The notes under the pieces were generated by a model. It ran no database searches. It was not told where the DNA came from and was given only the letters and a program-made list of their open reading frames with translations. A program made the translations under genes and the position numbers. From assembly GCA_025455665.1 (NCBI GenBank), contig JALOMC010000001.1, positions 1-46,790 on the forward strand: a DNA stretch of 46,790 nt, written 5' to 3'. Each line of letters opens with the position of its first letter. Positions within the stretch are counted from its first letter, which is position 1. Below are positions 38,178-46,790 of this stretch, one piece after another. This stretch comes from Chitinophagaceae bacterium. Lineage in GTDB: Bacteria; Bacteroidota; Bacteroidia; Chitinophagales; Chitinophagaceae.

Positions 38178-39119
38178 ATGGGCTTGCGCAAACAATTTGA
38201 AAATTACATTGATAGTCTGCGGGTAACTCCGGGCAAGAAAATATCGCTGCAAAAGCATTTTCGGACCGATCACGACCAGAAGTTGGTAACGAAAGAGGAA
38301 GGCTTGCAACTGATGGAAAATGGCATAAAAAACATGGCCATTTTACAAGACAAGCTATATGCACACGACGAATATAGTGTACTGATTGTGCTGCAGGCAA
38401 TGGATGCTGCCGGTAAAGACAGCGCCATCAAACACGTAATGAGCGGGCTGAACCCCAGTGGTGTAAAGGTGTACAGCTTTAAAGTGCCGAGTAAGGAAGA
38501 ACTGGACCACGACTACATTTGGCGGCATTACAAAGCCTTGCCTGCCCGGGGCGAAATAGGCATCTTCAACCGTAGCCATTACGAAAACGTACTGGTCACC
38601 CGCGTACACCCCGAGTACATTTTAAATGAACGGATACCAGGCATCAGTTCGCTAAAAGACATCAAGCCCTCTTTCTGGAAAAGCCGGTACGACCAAATCA
38701 ACCGGTTCGAAAAAAACCTGGCCGAAAATGGCACCATCATCCTCAAGTTCTTTTTGCATGTATCGAAAGAAGAACAGCTGAAACGCTTTATAGATAGGAT
38801 AGATGACCCCACCAAAAACTGGAAATTTTCGTACGCCGATACACAGGAGCGCCAGCATTGGGACAGCTACATGCAGGCCTATGAAGAAATGCTGGCTGCT
38901 ACCTCTACCAGCCATGCACCGTGGTATGTGCTGCCAGCCGATGACAAATGGTTTACCCGTCTGTGCCTGGGTGCAGCCATGTTTTTTGAATTTGAAAAAT
39001 TAAAACTGGACTACCCGAAAGTAAGCGATACACAAAAGGCCGAACTGCTGCGGGCAAAGGAAGAACTACTGGCTGCAGAAGGCAAGAAAAGCAATGGCCG
39101 TGGTAAGAAAAAACGCTGA
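38178..39119 (+). CDS. ppk2: Polyphosphate kinase 2 family protein
   Basis: LQAMDAAGKD Walker A, FKVPSKEELDHDY, FNRSHYE, KFFLHVSKEEQ, KNWKFS, APWYVLPADDKW. Confidence 0.94.
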   Translation: MGLRKQFENYIDSLRVTPGKKISLQKHFRTDHDQKLVTKEEGLQLMENGIKNMAILQDKLYAHDEYSVLIVLQAMDAAGKDSAIKHVMSGLNPSGVKVYSFKVPSKEELDHDYIWRHYKALPARGEIGIFNRSHYENVLVTRVHPEYILNERIPGISSLKDIKPSFWKSRYDQINRFEKNLAENGTIILKFFLHVSKEEQLKRFIDRIDDPTKNWKFSYADTQERQHWDSYMQAYEEMLAATSTSHAPWYVLPADDKWFTRLCLGAAMFFEFEKLKLDYPKVSDTQKAELLRAKEELLAAEGKKSNGRGKKKR

Positions 39120-39911
39120 CTATTCTTCGCGGCTATCCAGCGTTTGCCGGGGATGATGCTTGTGCTGCCGGAAATCGTGATTGTAGTAAAAAAACAACCG
39201 GAGCGTATGGTTGGCATCGTATTGCCAGCCGACGGGCTTTTGCTGAAAAACATGCATGTAGCCTGCATCGTAGCTCCAGTCTTTACTCAGCCGATGCCTG
39301 AAGCCCAAGAAAATACGGTTCTGATCAAATGTATTGTACACCACCTGCCGGCCGAAATTGATCAGCACCTCATCGGCTAATACTACTGCCAGCTTACCCG
39401 GCTGCTTTGATACCGGAACACTGAAGCTCATGAGATAGCGCACCCGGTTGGTAAACTTCCAGCGGCCGGTAAACGCATCGTTCGCCATAATTTGCTGCCA
39501 TCGCTGCTCATTTCTGAACCGCATGAGCAAGCTGGTCTTTCCGATTTGCGAATTCATCAGCGCTTGCTGGTATAGGCGATGCTCATTGGCAAAGCGGCTC
39601 CAACCGACGGTGGACGGCGCCAGCCACATATGGGCATAGCCCGCAGCCAGCGTGAATTTTTCCTGCAGCCACCATGTAGCCCCCAGGCGGGCAAAATAAA
39701 AACTGGGATCAGCCAGACCGTGTGTTCGCCTGATATGAAAATCGGCCATAAGGCCCCAACGATTGGTGATGTGTAGTGTGCTGTTCAAACTGGTCCATAC
39801 CTGCGCTTGCTGCCGCACTTGCTTGACGGGGGGCTGCTGCGCAGCTACTACCCATGCCACCGCCAGCAATACAGCCAACATAGCAGCACGATGAACAAAA
39901 AAACCACTCAT
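39120..39911 (-). CDS. DUF2490 family outer-membrane beta-barrel protein
   Basis: EHRLYQQ, RFRNEQRW, NRVRY, DEVLINFG, FDQNRIFLG, GYM; start at 39911 or 39881. Confidence 0.85.
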   Translation of the reverse strand: MSGFFVHRAAMLAVLLAVAWVVAAQQPPVKQVRQQAQVWTSLNSTLHITNRWGLMADFHIRRTHGLADPSFYFARLGATWWLQEKFTLAAGYAHMWLAPSTVGWSRFANEHRLYQQALMNSQIGKTSLLMRFRNEQRWQQIMANDAFTGRWKFTNRVRYLMSFSVPVSKQPGKLAVVLADEVLINFGRQVVYNTFDQNRIFLGFRHRLSKDWSYDAGYMHVFQQKPVGWQYDANHTLRLFFYYNHDFRQHKHHPRQTLDSREE

Positions 39912-40008
39912 GCATACAAAGAAGCAGGAAAAGAGCAAGGCACACAATGATGCGCATCATACACCAAACGAAAGAAAGGGCCGGAAAAGATGCAAACAGC
40001 AATATCCT

Positions 40009-40043
40009 AAAAAAAGAAGGTCTCCTGTAGAAACAGGTGACCT
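40009..40043 (-). terminator. Intrinsic terminator of sRNA-4
   Basis: Minus strand AGGTC-A-CCTGT-TTCT-ACAGG-A-GACCT then TCTTTTTTT. Confidence 0.75.
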
Positions 40044-40143
40044 CAACGATTGCTTGCCATATGAAAAAACTCTTCGAGTCGGATGTTGTGGTGATTGAGC
40101 TTCTTCGTGTAGAAGATCGGGTGGTGACCCGTTGTTTTCAATC
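40009..40143 (-). ncRNA. Putative sRNA-4
   Basis: TAATATTG -7-like element (40157-40150), three short hairpins (CGGGT-cacc-ACCCG, CTTC-tacac-GAAG, ACTC-gaa-GAGT), terminator 40043-40009. Confidence 0.5.
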
Positions 40144-40267
40144 ACAAGGCAATATTACGCCGGCCAAATGCGGTGCACAAGCTAATTTTGCCGGCGTTGC
40201 ATGATGTCTAAATCGTATTAGCCTATTGCAACAGCCTGTTTTTCAAGCACTTCACTCAAAACACGGC

Positions 40268-41818
40268 ATGATGCCCAACCGCCAAACTGACATCCTCTTT
40301 CAGCTCATTCATGCCATGGAAAAGGCGGAAAAAAGGCATTTCAAGCTGTACATCAAAAAGAACTCTGCCCGCGAAGACCTGAAAATTGTTCGGCTGTTTG
40401 ATGCGCTGGACAAGCTAAGCGAGTACGACGAACGGCAGCTGCTGAAAAAGCTGCCCGATGTGGAGAAGCCACAACTGGGTAACCTCAAAGCCCACTTGTA
40501 CAAGCAGATAATGGCCAGCCTACGCGACCTGAAAAGCAAAGAAAGCGTAGAGCTGCAGCTCAATGAACTGCTCGACTACGGACGCATTTTGTACAACAAA
40601 GGGCTGTTTGCACAAAGCCTTAAGTTTTTAGAAAAAGCCAAAGAAATAGGCTTTGCAAACGGCAAATACAATTTCTTAAGCCAGGTCATTTCACTGGAAA
40701 AGAAAATTGAAGGCCTTTATATAACCCGTAGCATGCAGGAACGGGCCGAGCAGCTGAGCCAGGAAGCCCTGGAGGTGAGCGGCCATATTTACCAGGTGTT
40801 TCGGCTGAGTAATTTGGCTGTAAAGCTGTACAGCTTTTATGTAAGCAATGGCCATGCCCGCAATGAGCAGGAAGAGCAGGTGGTGAAAGACTTTTTTGAA
40901 AAGGAGCTACCAGCTGATACCGAGCGGTTCGATGGATTTTATGAGCGGCTCTACCTGTACCAGAGCTATTGCTGGTATAGTTTTATCCGGCAAGATTTTT
41001 TGATGTACTTCCGCTATGCGCAAAAATGGGTCAACCTGTTTAACGAAGATCCGGTACGCATCAAAGTAGAGACCGGCCACTATATCAAGGGCATGCACAA
41101 TCTATTGAATGCTCATTTCGACCTGCGCAACTTTCGGGCCTTTGAGATAACCTTGGCCGCGTTTGAAAACTTCTACAAATCGCCGTTGTGCCAGCAGCAC
41201 GATAATTTCAGAATCCACTCTTTTGTATACATCACTGCAGCCAAATTAAACTGGCACCTTATGGTAGGTACTTTTAAAGAAGGTTTGCAACAGGTGCCTA
41301 TCATTGAAGAGAATGTTGCCAAGAATGAGTTGCACATCGATAAGCATCGCATCATGGTATTCAACTATAAGATTGCCTCGCTTCACTTTGGCTATGGCAA
41401 CTACAAAGCCTGTCTCGATTACCTGCAAAAGATCATTCACGAGCCGGTAGACCTGCGCTACGACCTGCAATGCTATGCCCGCCTGATGCACCTGATGGCT
41501 CACTATGAGCTGGGAAACGATATGATTATCGAGTCGTTGGCCAAATCGGTATACCGCTTCATGGCAAAAATGAAAAACCTGACAGCAGTAGAAGAGGCCA
41601 TGTTTCGCTTTTTACGAAAAAACCTGCACGTGCCGCCACGCCAGCTAAAGCCCGAGCTGATAAAACTGCTGGAACAGGTAAAGCAGTACGAAAAAAACCG
41701 CCACCAGACTCGTTCTTTTGCTTATCTCGATATCATCAGCTACCTCGAAAGCAAGGTACAAGGCAAGCCCATGGGCGCCGTGCTGCAAGACAAATACAAG
41801 CAAAGCAACCACCGATAA
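40268..41818 (+). CDS. Hypothetical cytoplasmic helical (TPR-like) protein of a type I recognise from Bacteroidota
   Basis: LFQLIHAMEKAEKRHFKLY start and SFAYLDIISYLESKV end; Lys/Glu-rich, no signal peptide. Confidence 0.85.
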   Translation: MMPNRQTDILFQLIHAMEKAEKRHFKLYIKKNSAREDLKIVRLFDALDKLSEYDERQLLKKLPDVEKPQLGNLKAHLYKQIMASLRDLKSKESVELQLNELLDYGRILYNKGLFAQSLKFLEKAKEIGFANGKYNFLSQVISLEKKIEGLYITRSMQERAEQLSQEALEVSGHIYQVFRLSNLAVKLYSFYVSNGHARNEQEEQVVKDFFEKELPADTERFDGFYERLYLYQSYCWYSFIRQDFLMYFRYAQKWVNLFNEDPVRIKVETGHYIKGMHNLLNAHFDLRNFRAFEITLAAFENFYKSPLCQQHDNFRIHSFVYITAAKLNWHLMVGTFKEGLQQVPIIEENVAKNELHIDKHRIMVFNYKIASLHFGYGNYKACLDYLQKIIHEPVDLRYDLQCYARLMHLMAHYELGNDMIIESLAKSVYRFMAKMKNLTAVEEAMFRFLRKNLHVPPRQLKPELIKLLEQVKQYEKNRHQTRSFAYLDIISYLESKVQGKPMGAVLQDKYKQSNHR

Positions 41819-41830
41819 AAGTGGCCCGGC

Positions 41831-42382
41831 CTATAAATGGCCGAGACCTTGCTGCGGCAATTTTCCCTTGACGGGCCGGAAAAATGCCAGGATCCGCTCA
41901 ATATCTGCCGCATCATTTTCCGTTGGCATAAAAGGGGGAGCAAAAATGACCCGCTTGTTCTCAAAATCGAGCGCCGCCATCACAATGGGCACCGCCGACC
42001 GGCGAGCTATATAATAAAAACCAGTGCGTAGCCGATCAACCCGCTTTCGGGTTCCTTCGGGCGAAAGTGCCAGCACCAACTCATCGGTAGCATCAAACTT
42101 AGCAACCACTGCGTCTACTAATTGATGGCTGCCTGATCGGTCTACCGGCGTACCGCCGAGCCATTTAAACAAAAAACCAAAGGGCGGCTTAAACAATTCA
42201 GCCTTTCCTAAAAATTTCACGTGCGTCATTCGCATGACACTGCGTACCGCCAGCCCCACCACAAAATCGAGCCAGTGCGTATGTGGTGCTACCACAATGA
42301 CTGCCTTCTTCAGTTCGGGCGGAAGAGCTCCTTCAATTTTCCAGCCTTCGCTCCAGAGGTACCATTTCCAAAACCAGCGCAT
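41831..42382 (-). CDS. Lysophospholipid/glycerol acyltransferase (PlsC-like)
   Basis: APHTHWLD (HxxxxD), GGTPVDRS, SPEGTRK, TGFYYIA; start ATG 42382. Confidence 0.92.
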   Translation of the reverse strand: MRWFWKWYLWSEGWKIEGALPPELKKAVIVVAPHTHWLDFVVGLAVRSVMRMTHVKFLGKAELFKPPFGFLFKWLGGTPVDRSGSHQLVDAVVAKFDATDELVLALSPEGTRKRVDRLRTGFYYIARRSAVPIVMAALDFENKRVIFAPPFMPTENDAADIERILAFFRPVKGKLPQQGLGHL

Positions 42383-42476
42383 ATAAACAAGCAATGCTGC
42401 GAAACTACGGCAGGAATGATCAGCCACGGTTACAATTGACAACAGCTGGCTACCAATGCATGAAAACAAAAACATC

Positions 42477-43253
42477 ATGCATAAAAACTTTCTTCGACTG
42501 ACACTGCTATTGGCCATGCTGCTGGCCTGCCTGGTAATGGTACAAGCGCAGCAAGTACAAAGCTGGAACAGTCTGAACGCCAAGGTGAGCCTGACCGATA
42601 AATGGCAACTGCGGGCGGGCCACCTTCGTGGTTATCAAGCCGATAATCGGTTTCGCAATCATTTTAATCAAACCGGCCTGACAGTATCCTACGAGGCTGC
42701 CAAGCGGCTCGATCTGGCAGCTGGGGTCCTGTTTATTACACCCACCGGCCGCGATACCCGTACCCGCCTTTTTGTGCGGGCTACCCACACCCAGCGCATC
42801 AGCCGGCAGCTCAACTGGATCAATACCCTTCGGCTGGAAACCAACTCGGCCAACGAACCTCGCTTTCGCCAGCGCATTATGGTGAGTACTCGCCTGGCTA
42901 CCCGCAAACGCCTCGACTTTGCCAATATGCGCCCCGCCATCGGCTATCAGCTCTTTTACAATATTGGGGGCACGCCTATCAATTACTACAACGATAACAA
43001 AGAGCTGCTGGCCCGTCAAACACCCGATGGCTTTCATCGTGGCCGGCTATTTCTCAACCTCGATTTCAGGATAAATGACCTGCTGAGTATTGATGTCAAT
43101 TACTTCAACCAGCAAGAGTTTAACCTGCTGAGCGGGCCCACCCGCCGCATGAATGTGCCCAACCGAGATGGCACCCGTATTCAGCGCCCTTTCCGCCCCT
43201 TCCATATGCTGGGCGTAGCACTTACAGTAGATGTTGACGCTTTACTGAAATAA
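42477..43253 (+). CDS. Outer-membrane beta-barrel protein (DUF2490-like)
   Basis: Signal peptide, alternating amphipathic strands, LRLE...RFRQR...QLFYN...GFHRGRLF pattern. Confidence 0.65.
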   Translation: MHKNFLRLTLLLAMLLACLVMVQAQQVQSWNSLNAKVSLTDKWQLRAGHLRGYQADNRFRNHFNQTGLTVSYEAAKRLDLAAGVLFITPTGRDTRTRLFVRATHTQRISRQLNWINTLRLETNSANEPRFRQRIMVSTRLATRKRLDFANMRPAIGYQLFYNIGGTPINYYNDNKELLARQTPDGFHRGRLFLNLDFRINDLLSIDVNYFNQQEFNLLSGPTRRMNVPNRDGTRIQRPFRPFHMLGVALTVDVDALLK

Positions 43254-43286
43254 ACAACATTCAATCACCGCTTTAAAAACTTGAAT

Positions 43287-44333
43287 ATGAAACAGCGCAT
43301 CAAACAATCATTCATCTGTCAGGACATTAAGCAATACCAAACCAACCAAACACTGGTAGATACGCACGTGCCCACTGTAGGCGATGTAGCCGTATTTGAA
43401 GTGCTCAGCATTGGCAAACACAAAACGATTCAGGGCACTGATAAACGACTAGTCACCATATTGCCTGGCGACCGCATCATGGCAGCCTTTGGCACACGCT
43501 ATGCTACTGCCCAGTTTGAGGGCTATGTGCCAGGTGGCATTTGTCCAGAATATCACATCTTAGGTGCAGGCGGCACCGTGGGTTTAGTAGCCTCCTCTCA
43601 CAGCAGGTTCGCCAGTGCCGGGCCCACCACGCTGAAGCTGGTAGGCTGGGTAACCAATGCACAGGGCGATGTGTGGAATACCATCCGCCAAAAAGAACAG
43701 CTGATGAAGCCTTTTACCGGGGCCATTTCACACAGCACCCGCGTTATACTTTCCGTTGGCTCCAGCATGGATAGTGGCAAAACCACTACCGCTGCCAAAA
43801 TGGTACAAGGCTTCAGCGAAGCCGGGTATCGCGTAGCCTTCATCAAACTCACCGGTACTATCTATACCAAAGATTGCGACCTGGTATACGACCATGGTGC
43901 AGCCGAAGTAGCCGACTTTGGGCTGCTGGGCTACCCATCCACCTATCTCTGCACTGCCACCCAGCTGCTGGGCCTTTACGAAACGCTGATGCATCACATT
44001 AAAGCGCAAGACAAAGCTTTTGTGGTAATAGAAATAGCCGATGGCCTGTACCAACGCGAAACTGAAATGCTGCTGCGCAACAGGGCCTTTATGAATGGCA
44101 TTGATGCAGTAGTATACTCCGCCGGCGATAGCCTGAGTGCTATTCAGGGCTATCAGGTTCTGCGAGACATGCACATTGTACCAGTGGCACTCAGCGGGCT
44201 TTTTACTGCCAGCCCATTGTTGGTAAAAGAAGTGTCGGAACGACTGTACTCACCGGTGCTCAGCATTGATGAGCTGGCCCGTGGTGTACTTATGCAGTAT
44301 CTCGAAATGCCGATGTCGGTATCAGCATCATAA
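43287..44333 (+). CDS. DUF1611 family P-loop protein
   Basis: GDVAVFEV..IGKH...LPGD.IMAAFGTRYAT.QFEG; Walker A GSSMDSGKTT; KLTGT; DFG..GYPST; Walker B IEIADGLYQRET. Confidence 0.85.
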   Translation: MKQRIKQSFICQDIKQYQTNQTLVDTHVPTVGDVAVFEVLSIGKHKTIQGTDKRLVTILPGDRIMAAFGTRYATAQFEGYVPGGICPEYHILGAGGTVGLVASSHSRFASAGPTTLKLVGWVTNAQGDVWNTIRQKEQLMKPFTGAISHSTRVILSVGSSMDSGKTTTAAKMVQGFSEAGYRVAFIKLTGTIYTKDCDLVYDHGAAEVADFGLLGYPSTYLCTATQLLGLYETLMHHIKAQDKAFVVIEIADGLYQRETEMLLRNRAFMNGIDAVVYSAGDSLSAIQGYQVLRDMHIVPVALSGLFTASPLLVKEVSERLYSPVLSIDELARGVLMQYLEMPMSVSAS

Positions 44334-44347
44334 TAGCCGCCTTGGTG

Positions 44348-45313
44348 ATGAAAAACAAAGTTGTCAGCCTGCTCTTACTGCCTGTTTGGTGGCCCTTTGC
44401 GTGGCAGCACGCTGGCCGGCTGACACTTATCCTATCCACGGGCCTGTTAGCCAATATTGGCAGCGTGCTACTTCCGCTGGGTATTGGCGAATTTTTGCAG
44501 CTGCACTATGCACAAGCGGGGGCCAAAGGCCGCATTCTACAGTTGCTGGGGCTGCCGGGTGCCAGCAGTATGCATCAACTATTGCTGGCTTTTGCAGCGG
44601 TATGGTGCCTGCGCATGCTGGCCAGCTGGCTGGAAAAATGGCAAAAAGATTGGATGGGCCAACTGATGCTGGCCGACCTGAAGCAACGACTACAACCAGC
44701 AGGTAGCACAAGAGCGGCCCGGGCTTCTCAACGAGATCTTTCTCCCTTGCGCAGGTTACTTTTTAAAGGCGTGCTGGACGCCTTTAAGCACCTGAGCTTT
44801 CTGCTGATGCTGGTGGCGATGCTATTCCGCATTCAGCCAGCTCTATGCCTGGCTACGTTGGGCATGTGCATAGCAGGTGCGCTGGTATCGGTGGGGCTGG
44901 CCCGCTGCCAGCGCTCTGCATTGCAGCAGTACCGCCAGCTGCAGCGGGATGCCGGCAGCCTGGATGCTGGCACACAGCAAGCACTTGCGTACCAGCGGGC
45001 TGGCAGGCTCCAAGCCAAGTGGCAGGCACTGCTAAAAGTACACAATGCCCAGTGGCTGTATGCCATGGTAGGCATGCTGCTGCTGCTTGTTTGGTGGCTG
45101 CAGTGGCCGGTACCTGCGGCCAGCCTGGTTACCTTTTACCTGCTACTGCTGGCAGCCGTGCCTTCGCTCAGGGGGCTGCTGGGCCTGCCGGCTATTTGGA
45201 TGAAGGCTCGTTTAAGTGCCGGAGCCCTGGCAGGGCATTTGGCACCAGCCAGTCCAACATATTTGGCAAAAGGCGGTTACATTGGCACAGCTGCGGCTAC
45301 CAATGGCAGCTAA
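44348..45313 (+). CDS. Integral membrane protein resembling an isolated ABC-exporter TM domain (no ATPase domain)
   Basis: About 6 hydrophobic helices spaced as in a type IV exporter TMD (LLPLGIG..., LADLKQRL, LMLVAMLFRIQPALCL); no Walker A or LSGGQ. Confidence 0.6.
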   Translation: MKNKVVSLLLLPVWWPFAWQHAGRLTLILSTGLLANIGSVLLPLGIGEFLQLHYAQAGAKGRILQLLGLPGASSMHQLLLAFAAVWCLRMLASWLEKWQKDWMGQLMLADLKQRLQPAGSTRAARASQRDLSPLRRLLFKGVLDAFKHLSFLLMLVAMLFRIQPALCLATLGMCIAGALVSVGLARCQRSALQQYRQLQRDAGSLDAGTQQALAYQRAGRLQAKWQALLKVHNAQWLYAMVGMLLLLVWWLQWPVPAASLVTFYLLLLAAVPSLRGLLGLPAIWMKARLSAGALAGHLAPASPTYLAKGGYIGTAAATNGS

Positions 45314-45318
45314 CAAAC

Positions 45319-45909
45319 ATGAACGCCGCTAATCATCAACAACTTTTGCTGGCCCTGCAGCAGCCCAATATAGACCAACCGGTGGCCGAACTGTACCGGC
45401 AGTTTCACCCCTCGGTACTGGCCATGGTAATAGCCCAGGGCGGTACCGAAGAAGATGCCAACGATGTATTTCAAGACAGCATGCTCAGTTTTGTGCAAAC
45501 CGTGAAAGCTGGCAAATTCAGAGGCGAGAGCAGTATCAAAACTTTCTTCATTTCCATTGCCCGCCACTTGTGGATGAATGAACTACGCAGCCGCCAACGC
45601 CGCCAGCAACGCCACGAAAATTACATGCAAACCAACGACCAATGGCAGGCGCCACCAGCAGGCAGTGTAGTGTGCCAGAGCAAAGGCATTGAAACCGTAT
45701 TTGAGCACATAGGCGAAGTATGCCGCCAGTTGCTGCTCGGCTTTTATTTCGAAAAAAAGAGCATGCGGCAATTACTGGATCAATTCAGCTACGACAACGA
45801 GCAGGTGCTGCGCAATAAAAAAAGTAAGTGCCTGAAAAAGGCCAAAGAACTATTAGCCAGCGATACACTACTAACCGAATCATTAAAAAGCCAACTGTAC
45901 CATGAATGA
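45319..45909 (+). CDS. ECF sigma-70 factor
   Basis: GGTEEDANDVFQDS, FRGESSIKTFFISIARHLW, CRQLLLGFYFEKKSM, NKKSKCLKK; true start ATG 45319. Confidence 0.92.
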   Translation: MNAANHQQLLLALQQPNIDQPVAELYRQFHPSVLAMVIAQGGTEEDANDVFQDSMLSFVQTVKAGKFRGESSIKTFFISIARHLWMNELRSRQRRQQRHENYMQTNDQWQAPPAGSVVCQSKGIETVFEHIGEVCRQLLLGFYFEKKSMRQLLDQFSYDNEQVLRNKKSKCLKKAKELLASDTLLTESLKSQLYHE

Positions 45910-46662
45910 CGTACAAATAGATACCGTACTGGATGAGCTGGCGGCAGGCCGCCTGAGCGAGCAAGAAGCCGGCAGCATGCTGACAGGCATGGGCGTAGCC
46001 AACGTAACAGAGGCTATCAGGCTACACCAGGCTGCTGTACAATTGGTAGAGCAGTATGGTACACTCCAGAGCATTAAGCGGGTGCGCCTGCAGTATGAGG
46101 CCACCGGTATCCAAACAGCACCTGCGGCCAAAGCCAGCACAGGTAGTGTAGTAAGCCTGCTGGCCCGGCGTGTGATGCAAGCCGCCGCAGCCATACTGCT
46201 ACTGGCAGGCGCCTGGGGCCTGTACAGCGTGGGCAGCTATAGCAACGGGCAAATGCTGGCTGATATGCAAACTGCCTACAGCCTTAATACCAGCAGGGCT
46301 GGCGCAGCACAACCCGAAGATGAATTGGTAGCGGCATTCCGGGCTGGCAACTATTCGGCCACCGTAGCCGCATGGCTGCTGCATCCAGCCGCGAACTGTT
46401 TTTGGCCGGCTATGCCATGATGCAGCTGAAAGATTATGCACAGGCGGCCGCTACTTTGGAAAAGCTGCTGCAACAAAACCAACAATCCGGCGAACCGCTG
46501 TACAGCGACGATGGCGAGTATTATCTGGCACAATGTTACCTGCAACTACAACAGCCAGCGAAAGCGTTTCCGATTATGCAACGCATTTACAACAATGAGC
46601 AGCATACCTATCATGAAAAAATTAGTGCCCGCCAATTGATAAAAGTGTGGTGGCTGCAATAA
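45902..46662 (+). pseudogene. Putative anti-sigma factor (TM helix + periplasmic TPR), split by a frameshift near 46370
   Basis: Overlaps the ECF stop; TM MQAAAAILLLAGAWGLY; frame 1 ends ...AFRAGNYSATVAA and frame 2 continues SSRELFLAGYAMMQLKDY...EYYLAQCYLQ...HTYH. Confidence 0.75.
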
Positions 46663-46693
46663 AACGAATGGGAATTTCAAGGGTTTGTTTGGC

Positions 46694-46727
46694 AAAAGCC
46701 TGGTCATTTGTTTGACCGGGCTTTTTT
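46694..46727 (+). terminator. Intrinsic terminator
   Basis: AAAAGCCTGGTCA-TTTGTT-TGACCGGGCTTTTTT. Confidence 0.8.
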
Positions 46728-46790
46728 GCGCCAGTACCAGGCGCCCAGCACCAGTAGCGGCACCAGTGCCAGCCACCAAAATTTACCCAA

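Noticed and set aside
39957-40145. 62-aa minus ORF over sRNA-4
   Set aside because: Would be leaderless with a GTG start and reads through the intrinsic terminator.
44845-45318. N-terminal extension of the 354-aa ECF ORF (apparent fusion)
   Set aside because: Out-of-frame overlap with the 44348 gene; sigma similarity starts at ATG 45319.

Overview
Chromosomal, non-mobile-looking segment of a Bacteroidota genome (Chitinophagaceae-like by inference: SusC/SusD, ECF/FecR, T9SS cargo, TAnnTTTG-type promoters, A-rich leaders without Shine-Dalgarno). It holds an RND efflux operon, an Asp/Glu racemase-family gene, DUF1801, an ECF-FecR-SusC-SusD-LamG locus (susC frameshifted near 13240), a T9SS type-B cargo protein, an alpha/beta hydrolase, two TPR-kinase/LytTR two-component systems, typA/bipA, an S41 peptidase, a double beta-propeller surface protein, SulP, PPK2, two DUF2490-like barrels, an acyltransferase, a DUF1611 operon and an ECF/anti-sigma pair (anti-sigma frameshifted). 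The most striking unannotated signal is a set of three putative small non-coding RNAs flanking the first LytTR system (19895-20051 minus; 23048-23208 and 23368-23493 plus). Each has a promoter-like element, an intrinsic terminator and several hairpins with ACCC-rich loops. The two tandem copies share a near-identical upstream architecture 319 bp apart, and 21-bp-spaced direct repeats resembling LytTR boxes lie upstream. A fourth, different sRNA candidate lies at 40009-40143. No tRNA, rRNA, CRISPR or transposase was seen. All product calls come from motif recognition, not database searches.
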